Shown here piece after piece: positions 25,307 through 32,292 of a stretch of DNA of 32,292 nt; position 1 is the stretch's first letter, and each line of letters starts with the position of its first letter. The notes beneath the pieces are model-generated. The model was not told the origin of the DNA. It saw only the letters and a program-made list of their open reading frames with translations, and searched no databases. This DNA is from Candidatus Thorarchaeota archaeon. Its GTDB lineage: Archaea; Asgardarchaeota; Thorarchaeia; Thorarchaeales; Thorarchaeaceae. The stretch covers positions 1-32,292 of the forward strand of contig RDNZ01000030.1 of assembly GCA_011364905.1 (NCBI GenBank), in the 5' to 3' direction. A program made the position numbers and the translations under genes.

Positions 25307-26274
25307 GTAAGATGCCAAGCAAGAAAGTCAAAAGCGATCTTGAACTACTGGGAATTGACCTGAGTGCAAGTCAGATGCAGACCTTTCAGGCAGTTCTCTA
25401 TGCAGCAGGAAGCACAAGAAAAGCTGTCGAATATGATCAGATTGCGGAGCATCTTGAAACGCAGGCTGGTAAGAAATTCACAAAAGCCTACGTCTACAGA
25501 CAACTTCGGGACCTAGAGGAAATAGGATTAATCAAAACAGACACCATCGCGCGCCCAAGAAATTACAGCATCACGGAGTCTTCTGTGGCAAAAGCACTTG
25601 AATCGCAAAGACTGAAGAAAATATCTGAATATCTAACACTAAGACAAGACCTGACTACTAATCTTAATCGGCTTAGGGCAACCAACCCTCAAGATCTGGC
25701 AATTATGCTTCATAGAACATTGGTGGGATCTTCATCAGTCGGAAAATCAGGCGTCATTGAGGGAGTTGAGAACGTTAGACACACAATCATTCGAGAGTTT
25801 GCAGACGAAGCAAAAGAGGGTGACACAGTAAGAATTCTTGCCCATTCAAGCACTATAGTTGACGGACTTGGACCGCCTGGGGTCACTGAATTCAAAATTT
25901 TGGAAACTGGTTTTAGAGGTGTGAAGGTCATGGGACTCCTCACCCCGATAGGTCAAGACTCAGCTAATCCGAATCTTATGGCAGGTTTTCTGACACCGAT
26001 GATTGATATCTTCGACCAAGTAAGCAAAACGGGCAATATTCAACTCAAAATCTCTCAAGAGCCAGCCAATACATACAGAATGGTTTCTCTAAATGAAAGC
26101 AAGATGCTGCTCTATCTGACGCATGCCAAGGAGTCGGACATGGCTGCTTTGGTCCATCACGAAGACAACCCTGGGCTAATTGATGATGCGATTAGGACTT
26201 TTGACACACTCTGGGAAACTGGGGTAGATGTTCTTGATATTGTAAAGCAAATGTTACACAAGAAAAGCTCCTAG
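25303..26274 (+). CDS. TrmB-like protein 3 (paralogue)
   Basis: TKAYVYRQLRDLEEIGLI wHTH; GVKVMGL; TYRMVSLN; NPGLIDDAIRTFDTLW; start overlaps the previous stop. Confidence 0.75.
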   Translation: MSKMPSKKVKSDLELLGIDLSASQMQTFQAVLYAAGSTRKAVEYDQIAEHLETQAGKKFTKAYVYRQLRDLEEIGLIKTDTIARPRNYSITESSVAKALESQRLKKISEYLTLRQDLTTNLNRLRATNPQDLAIMLHRTLVGSSSVGKSGVIEGVENVRHTIIREFADEAKEGDTVRILAHSSTIVDGLGPPGVTEFKILETGFRGVKVMGLLTPIGQDSANPNLMAGFLTPMIDIFDQVSKTGNIQLKISQEPANTYRMVSLNESKMLLYLTHAKESDMAALVHHEDNPGLIDDAIRTFDTLWETGVDVLDIVKQMLHKKSS

Positions 26275-27344
26275 TTCTCTGATACCCAACTATTGTTCTT
26301 TGTAAGGGTCAAAAAGATATCATCACAGACAGCTGAGAAGTCCTCATAGAGACCGTACTCTCCGCCAGCGGCATAGGGATGTCCCCCGCCATTGAACAAC
26401 TTTGCTGCGGCATTGCATAGGACTCCATCGCTACCCCGTCTAAAACCAAGCATTCCACCTTGACTCAGCGATAGTAATAGGTCTGCAACCCTCAGCTCGG
26501 GATCGATAGAACTCAAAATCCCCGAGTCAGATGCGTACGTACCCATGTCTGTGGAGGTCAGTCCACTGGGTATCTCCACAATCCGAACAAGTTTCCCGTG
26601 AATTATCTGATCGTGATGGCCGGCCAATGCCTTTCTCATTTTCTTTGTTTTCTCTTTCCTATAGTTGTCTACCCTTTTATCAAGAAGCGTGTCCTTGAAT
26701 CTGTGTGTGTTCTTGTCCCATACACCGTCCATGCCACTCTCAGCTAGTTTCTCGAGGAGTACATATAGAGCATCTGTGACATCCTCCTTCCTATCTATAG
26801 CTCCAAAGCGGATGACGCTGACTGCATCTGTGAGTGCTGTCGCAGCCTCAATCTCACGGAGATTGAAATCTGTATCATGCGCAATCCGGGCAAGTTCCGT
26901 GCAGACTTCGTCTCGAGGCATAAGGACCTTGTGTGCAATCTCTGATGCACAAAAATCGTGGTTCACCTTCAACACAGGCTTATTCCCAAGAGAGAGAACC
27001 ATCTTAATCGAGCGGTCATGCCACTGGTGATGATCGAGCCAGACTATGCGGCATCCTTGAGAGATTGCTCTTTCGAGTCCAGCCTGAACCATCTCAATAA
27101 TAGCATCGTCCATTCCAAGATCTGTGATAACAATCAGCGTATCTCGTTGATTACCGATCATAGAGAATATCTGTTCGAAAGAGCCGTAGTCAGTGAGAAT
27201 TGCTTTGAAATCAAGACCCTTTGTCTTCGCATATCTCCAAACAATTGCCGCGGCGTTTAGTCCATCAACGTCTTTATCGTGAGAGATAGAGAGAAGTGAG
27301 GTAATTCTCTTCGTGTTCTGCTCGCTTTCTCGTTCATCAGGCAT
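26271..27344 (-). CDS. DHH/DHHA1 family phosphoesterase (nanoRNase-like)
   Basis: HDKDVDG, ITDLG, LDHH and GGGHPYAAG motifs. Confidence 0.9.
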   Translation of the reverse strand: MPDERESEQNTKRITSLLSISHDKDVDGLNAAAIVWRYAKTKGLDFKAILTDYGSFEQIFSMIGNQRDTLIVITDLGMDDAIIEMVQAGLERAISQGCRIVWLDHHQWHDRSIKMVLSLGNKPVLKVNHDFCASEIAHKVLMPRDEVCTELARIAHDTDFNLREIEAATALTDAVSVIRFGAIDRKEDVTDALYVLLEKLAESGMDGVWDKNTHRFKDTLLDKRVDNYRKEKTKKMRKALAGHHDQIIHGKLVRIVEIPSGLTSTDMGTYASDSGILSSIDPELRVADLLLSLSQGGMLGFRRGSDGVLCNAAAKLFNGGGHPYAAGGEYGLYEDFSAVCDDIFLTLTKNNSWVSEN

Positions 27345-27465
27345 TAGTGCTCGTGAACCGGTTAGAAGTAGGCTTATTTTATCTTATCGTGCGGTATCTA
27401 AACCGTTTTTGAGAATTCGAAAGGATTTTGTGATACAGAAATCGCTGTAAATCTGAGAGGATAGA

Positions 27466-29322
27466 ATGAGCAAATCCAAAGCCGATGTCATTATGAGTGG
27501 TAACGAAGCTATAGCAAGAGGAGCAGTAGAAGCGGGTATTGGATTCTGCGCATCTTATCCTGGAACACCATCAACCGAGATTCTTACTAGTCTCTTTGAA
27601 ACTGCCTCCAAAACAGACAGCCATGTGGAATGGTCCTCCAATGAGAAGGTGGCTATGGAATCTGCAGCTGCTGCCAGTTGGGCGGGAATTCCAGCCTTGT
27701 GTTCAATGAAATCTCTGGGGCTTAATGTTGCTTCTGATTTCCTTCTAAACCTGAACCTTTCAGGCACTGGCAAAGGAGGTCTTGTCATTGTTGTCTGTGA
27801 TGATCCAAAGGGACATAGTTCCAGCAATGAGCAAGACTCCAGATTCTACGCAAAGGCCGCTCAAATCCCACTCTTTGAACCATCCACCTATCAAGAAGCA
27901 AAGGACACTGTTGTTGAGGGATTAAGACTCTCGAAAAAGTATGAGATTCCAGTTCTCATTAGAAGCACAACCAGACTCTCGCATTCTAGAGGTCTGGTCA
28001 CCATAGGGAAGGTCAGTGCAAAGCCTCTGAAAGCGGGAGTCTTGCAGGAGCGACTCTATAATGTGCCAGCACCACATCTAAGACACAGAGACCTCTTGGG
28101 GAAGATAGAGAAAATCGCAGAGGAGTTTGAGAGATCACCATTCAACATTGAGGCAGACATTACAAACATGAAACTCCTATTAATCTCAAGCGGCATTAGT
28201 TCCAGCTACGTACGAGAAGCCTTACACTCCATACCATCTCATAGGATCGGGCACTTGAGCCTAGTGACAAGCTTTCCTTTGCCCAAGAAGACCATAATCA
28301 ATCTGCTTAAGCGGACAGACCGAGTGCTCTTCATTGAGGAAAACGACCCTTTCATTGAGGATGAAGTCAGGGGCTTATCTGCAGAACTAGAAGGGGTGCC
28401 ACACTTCTATGGAAAACGCTCTGGACATATTCCAAGCTATGGGGAGATGAATACTGATATTGTTTCGACTAGGCTCCAGCAACTGACTGGACAGCAGATG
28501 ATTAAAACTACCAAGAAAGAGAGCCATGTGTCAGACCTATTGATTGAACGACCACTCACGTTCTGCGCAGGATGCACGCATCGAAACTTCTACTGGGCTG
28601 TTCGCACAGTAAAGAAACGACTTGGTGGAAAACTCGTTGTAGCCGGAGACATTGGGTGCTACTCCCTTGGCGTGTTCTACGATGAGGCAATGGATACAAT
28701 GCAGGCAATGGGTTCAGGAGTCGGAGTTGGAAGCGGATTGGGGCAACTTCATCGGTATGGATTCGACTCAAAGGTCGTTTCAGTAGCAGGTGATTCGACT
28801 TTCTTCCATGCATGCTTGCCTGGACTCATCAATGCAAGGCACAAGAATGCAGACCTGACTTTTGTGATTCTTGACAATGCAACCACAGCTATGACCGGTT
28901 TCCAAGTGCACCCAGGGTCTAGTGAACAGGAGGATTCTCTTCGAAGAGTACGAGTTGAGGGCCTTGTAAAGGCAGTCGAACCAGATTTCTTCTCTTTGGG
29001 TGATGCAACCGACATCAAATCTCTTACAGACCTGCTCCATTCGACAGTTCAGAAGGAGGGGCTGAAGATCCTATTGTTGGACAGCGTTTGCAGGCTTGAG
29101 GAGGTTAAGAGAATACCCGGTTTCGTGGGTGCGACTCCAGTTCACATAGATAGAGACCTGTGTAAAGGAGAGAAGTGTAAGATTTGCGCCCGTGACTTCG
29201 GGTGCCCAGGATTGAGCTGGGACCAAGAAACCAACTATCCAATCGTTCTGGACCATGTGTGTGTCAGGTGTGGCGCGTGCATCAGCGTGTGTCCTCACGA
29301 TGCCATTGTGGAGGGCGAGTGA
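27466..29322 (+). CDS. iorA: Indolepyruvate:ferredoxin oxidoreductase alpha subunit
   Basis: GNEAIARG, YPGTPSTE, NEKVA, SSSNEQDSR, FCAGCTHR, GDIGCY, GDSTFFH, C-terminal ferredoxin Cys motifs. Confidence 0.95.
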   Translation: MSKSKADVIMSGNEAIARGAVEAGIGFCASYPGTPSTEILTSLFETASKTDSHVEWSSNEKVAMESAAAASWAGIPALCSMKSLGLNVASDFLLNLNLSGTGKGGLVIVVCDDPKGHSSSNEQDSRFYAKAAQIPLFEPSTYQEAKDTVVEGLRLSKKYEIPVLIRSTTRLSHSRGLVTIGKVSAKPLKAGVLQERLYNVPAPHLRHRDLLGKIEKIAEEFERSPFNIEADITNMKLLLISSGISSSYVREALHSIPSHRIGHLSLVTSFPLPKKTIINLLKRTDRVLFIEENDPFIEDEVRGLSAELEGVPHFYGKRSGHIPSYGEMNTDIVSTRLQQLTGQQMIKTTKKESHVSDLLIERPLTFCAGCTHRNFYWAVRTVKKRLGGKLVVAGDIGCYSLGVFYDEAMDTMQAMGSGVGVGSGLGQLHRYGFDSKVVSVAGDSTFFHACLPGLINARHKNADLTFVILDNATTAMTGFQVHPGSSEQEDSLRRVRVEGLVKAVEPDFFSLGDATDIKSLTDLLHSTVQKEGLKILLLDSVCRLEEVKRIPGFVGATPVHIDRDLCKGEKCKICARDFGCPGLSWDQETNYPIVLDHVCVRCGACISVCPHDAIVEGE

Positions 29323-29323
29323 T

Positions 29324-29908
29324 GTGAGAGACCCCTATTCCATTCTTGTGGCTGGTGTTGGCGGACAAGGTAACCTAGTCTGTGGGAGGATTATTGCAGA
29401 GGCTGCTGTGCTGCAGGGTTTGAGACCGGTGGTGGGAGACACGTTTGGCGCATCAAGAAGAGGCGGAAGTGTCATGACCCACATCAGGATTGGAAAACAG
29501 GACTGGGGGCCGCTGATACCAAAAGGAGAGGTAGATGTACTCCTTGGATTTGAGCCGGTGGAGGCACTCCGGGCTGCTGTAAAGTATGCTGGAGAGAGGA
29601 CCGTTGCGATAGTGAGTAAGATGGCGATACCACCTTCTAATGTGACATCAGGCGACCTGCGTTATCCCGCCATCAGCGACATCGCGCAAGGACTCGAATC
29701 AGTTTGTAGGAGTGTGCACATGCTTGACACAGAGCAGGTCCTTGAAGACATGGGTTCGACGCGAGTCCTGAACTCGTTTATGATCGGGGCACTCTCGTCT
29801 ATTGAAGACGTCCCTCTTGACTCAAAGAACCTGCGTAAGGCAATCTCAAATGTCTTGGAGTCTGAAAAGGACCTGGCTGCGTTTCAAAAGGGTGCAAAGG
29901 CCCTGTAG
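29324..29908 (+). CDS. iorB: Indolepyruvate:ferredoxin oxidoreductase beta subunit
   Basis: AGVGGQG, GASRRGGSV, FEPVEALR; GTG 29324 immediately after iorA. Confidence 0.92.
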   Translation: MRDPYSILVAGVGGQGNLVCGRIIAEAAVLQGLRPVVGDTFGASRRGGSVMTHIRIGKQDWGPLIPKGEVDVLLGFEPVEALRAAVKYAGERTVAIVSKMAIPPSNVTSGDLRYPAISDIAQGLESVCRSVHMLDTEQVLEDMGSTRVLNSFMIGALSSIEDVPLDSKNLRKAISNVLESEKDLAAFQKGAKAL

Positions 29909-29920
29909 TGAACTTGTGGG

Positions 29921-32263
29921 TTAATGCTCTTTCTTCTTGGCCTCGTGCATCTTCCGAGCTTCCTGCCACATGACATCAGCCAGTACAGTGAACATATCAG
30001 CGACACCCTCACCTGTCTTTGCTGAGGACTCCATGTACAGAAAACCATTGTCCTCAGCCCAGCGCTTTGCCTCATCAGATGGCACTGCACGGTCGGGGAG
30101 GTCTGTCTTGTTGCCTACGCATACCATGGGCACTCGCGTTCCAATCGACTCGTCAGCCTCTTCGACCCACTTGGCCAACTCTGTGAATGACCTGCGACGG
30201 GTCACATCGAACACCAGGATGATCCCTGCTGCACCGGAGTAGTACATCTTCCGGACTGCCTTGAATCGCGCTTGCCCAGCAACGTCCCACGCCTGGAGCT
30301 TAATGCCTATCGAGTACTCCTCCTTTGGCGGCGAGATGTGGGCGAGCTTGACTGCGAACTGACTCCCTATCGTGGTCTTGTAGTCTCGCTCGAACACTCC
30401 GGTGACGTACCGGTTCACGAGGGTTGTCTTGCCCACAGCCCCCTCTCCGATCACCATCGTTTTGAATAGGAATTGGTAGGAGTCTGGAGCGGTCCCGGGA
30501 CGTGGAGCCTTGGGGCTTCTGTTACGAATGTCAGCTACGAGTTGACTCTCAGTGTCACTCACAGCTGCAATCGTGACCGTTTCAGCAGGTGTTGGTTCAG
30601 CCGCAAGGGCAGCTAGGTCATCTAGCTCAGCCATTTGAGCCTCGGTTTCCTCAGCACCAAAGAGCTGGTCGAGGAGTTCCTCTGCAGCCTTCAATGATTC
30701 GGTAGCATCATCAGACATGGTCGTGTGCAAGATATCAGACGCCTTGTCACGTATCTCTGAGTCTCCAAATCCCGTACCGACAACAGGTCCAAATGGAGTC
30801 TCTTCGACGACTTCAGGAGTCTCATGGGTAACAACAGGTTCTACTGTGACAGGGGCGACAGCCGCTGGAGCAGCCACAGCCGCACCTTTCTCGACAAGAA
30901 TAGCGGTCTCAGGCGTCGTGACTTGCCGAACCTGACCAGCTGGGTCAGTCCACATCAGCACGATGGGTCGAACAATCACTGTTCCTTCCTCCTTTGGCAT
31001 CATCTGCACATCAATGCTGTTACTCTGTCCAGGAGCTAGATCGAAACGCAGTTGTTGGGGATCGACATCCATATGGTCTTTGGGGAACCAGTAGACTTTC
31101 CCAGAGATACCGTTGATTGTTTCATTGCTGACATTGTAGACCGTGATCTTGCCCCTGAGCTCAGCACCGGTCTTAGTCTCTGAACTCACTTCGAAGGTTG
31201 GGATTATCTTGTAGAGACCTTCAATGACTTGTAATGGGGCATCAGAGATACCAACTTGGACCTCCTTTCGTCCGTCCCCTCCAGCATCGCCAACATTGAT
31301 TGCAAGTATCTTCTTCCCAATGTTGACCGAGGCCAGCTGGTTAAGGTCCGCCATACGAAGGCTGTAGAAGTTGATCTTGAAGTCAGAGGTGGCAACCACA
31401 ATCTCATCCTGATGGTCAGCATTTATCTCTTCAATTCGTAATGATAATGCTTTCACATCCTCAAGCTTGGAGAATAGGTCTAGTTTGCTCTCTTCGTTGC
31501 GATATATCCGAACCGAGCCATCATGCGTGACGACACCAAGCTCCATTTTCCTATCGCCCAGCACATCACCTGATGCCACAGATATAACAGGGCTTGGTAG
31601 TTCGATGACCTCAATCTGGTCCACTGAGTGGTCACGCACCTTGAAAACACGAAGAGTACGGTCTCTGTTTCCTGTGACAATTTCTTCAATCTCATCGCCA
31701 ATCACGTCACATGTCCCAATCGCGATTGGCATGTCATCCAACTGATACTTGACGAACTCTGTGATCTTGTTGAAAGTGTCCATCTGTAGGATCCGGAGGG
31801 TCGAGTCGCTCCCACCGACGAGAATCTCGTTCTTCTCATCGCCGGTCACATCTGTGACATAGACAGCAGTGACGAATCGGTCCACAGGAAATTCTGCCAG
31901 AAGCTCAAGCCTGCCGCTTGGAGCATATCTAAAGACTTGGACTGTGCCGACTTCTCCGGGCCGCTCATTGCTTCCTACTGCTCGACCAATGACCAACTCC
32001 ATTTGCCCATCATTATTTGCATCAGCGACCTTGATGGAGAGGATACTTCCTCCCACATCATGCTGCGCAAGAAACGCAACAGAACTTTTGTTGGCATCAT
32101 AGAGACGGAGGACACCATCACGACCTCCTGTGCATAACTCAGCTGTCCCACTGCCAGTAACATCTCCCACTGCAATGGCGCTCGTGCTTTCGTCGTCTTC
32201 GATTTCGAACAGAACCTTAGGTGAATCCAAGTCAGCAACCTTCCTGTTAGTATCAGCATCCAT
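29921..32263 (-). CDS. Seven-repeat FG-GAP-like beta-propeller + beta-sandwich + acidic linker + C-terminal Rab-like GTPase
   Basis: Seven D-x-x-G/N-D-like repeats; GEGAVGKT, TTIG, WDVAGQ, NKTD, SAK. An in-frame stop upstream (32279-32281) shows the ORF is complete. Confidence 0.9.
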   Translation of the reverse strand: MDADTNRKVADLDSPKVLFEIEDDESTSAIAVGDVTGSGTAELCTGGRDGVLRLYDANKSSVAFLAQHDVGGSILSIKVADANNDGQMELVIGRAVGSNERPGEVGTVQVFRYAPSGRLELLAEFPVDRFVTAVYVTDVTGDEKNEILVGGSDSTLRILQMDTFNKITEFVKYQLDDMPIAIGTCDVIGDEIEEIVTGNRDRTLRVFKVRDHSVDQIEVIELPSPVISVASGDVLGDRKMELGVVTHDGSVRIYRNEESKLDLFSKLEDVKALSLRIEEINADHQDEIVVATSDFKINFYSLRMADLNQLASVNIGKKILAINVGDAGGDGRKEVQVGISDAPLQVIEGLYKIIPTFEVSSETKTGAELRGKITVYNVSNETINGISGKVYWFPKDHMDVDPQQLRFDLAPGQSNSIDVQMMPKEEGTVIVRPIVLMWTDPAGQVRQVTTPETAILVEKGAAVAAPAAVAPVTVEPVVTHETPEVVEETPFGPVVGTGFGDSEIRDKASDILHTTMSDDATESLKAAEELLDQLFGAEETEAQMAELDDLAALAAEPTPAETVTIAAVSDTESQLVADIRNRSPKAPRPGTAPDSYQFLFKTMVIGEGAVGKTTLVNRYVTGVFERDYKTTIGSQFAVKLAHISPPKEEYSIGIKLQAWDVAGQARFKAVRKMYYSGAAGIILVFDVTRRRSFTELAKWVEEADESIGTRVPMVCVGNKTDLPDRAVPSDEAKRWAEDNGFLYMESSAKTGEGVADMFTVLADVMWQEARKMHEAKKKEH

Positions 32264-32292
32264 GGGATTGACTATTAATTACGCTGCCTAGT

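Noticed and set aside
23317-26274. Active phospholipase D or nuclease defence system
   Set aside because: None of the three proteins has an HxK(x4)D motif.
67-32259. Numerous 60-200 aa ORFs overlapping identified genes (e.g. 1102-1698, 4022-4648, 14895-15404)
   Set aside because: Antisense or alternate-frame shadows of well-supported genes.
1-32292. CRISPR arrays, tRNA/rRNA/SRP RNA, transposases, integrases
   Set aside because: No regularly spaced repeats, cloverleaf or SRP signature, or DDE/tyrosine-recombinase motifs were seen by eye.

Overview
Archaeal chromosomal segment, most consistent with an Asgard archaeon (Thorarchaeia-like). This is inferred from a single-domain gelsolin, a Rab-like GTPase, Fwd, IorAB, a geranylgeranyl reductase, an archaeal ThrRS editing domain and TATA-type promoters. 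Contents in order: fwdD-fwdB-fwdA (fwdA runs off the left edge); 2-oxoacid/acetoin dehydrogenase E1a/E1b/E2 with no E3 in the window; a UBC/E2-like orphan; lplA plus an AhpD-like CxxC protein; a Zn-dependent dehydrogenase; gelsolin; several hypotheticals; an AcpS-FkbH-ACP operon beside a VOC protein, a circularly permuted deacetylase and an LbH acyltransferase; a motif-degenerate SF2 helicase; a double Lrp/AsnC regulator facing repeated operators and two small basic ORFs; a ThrRS editing domain; a membrane LbH protein; GGR; a candidate ~150-nt structured ncRNA divergent from three tandem TrmB-like paralogues; a DHH phosphoesterase; iorAB; and a 780-aa beta-propeller/beta-sandwich/Rab fusion. 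No rRNA, tRNA, CRISPR array or mobile element was recognised. All calls come from reading motifs by eye; no database searches were run.
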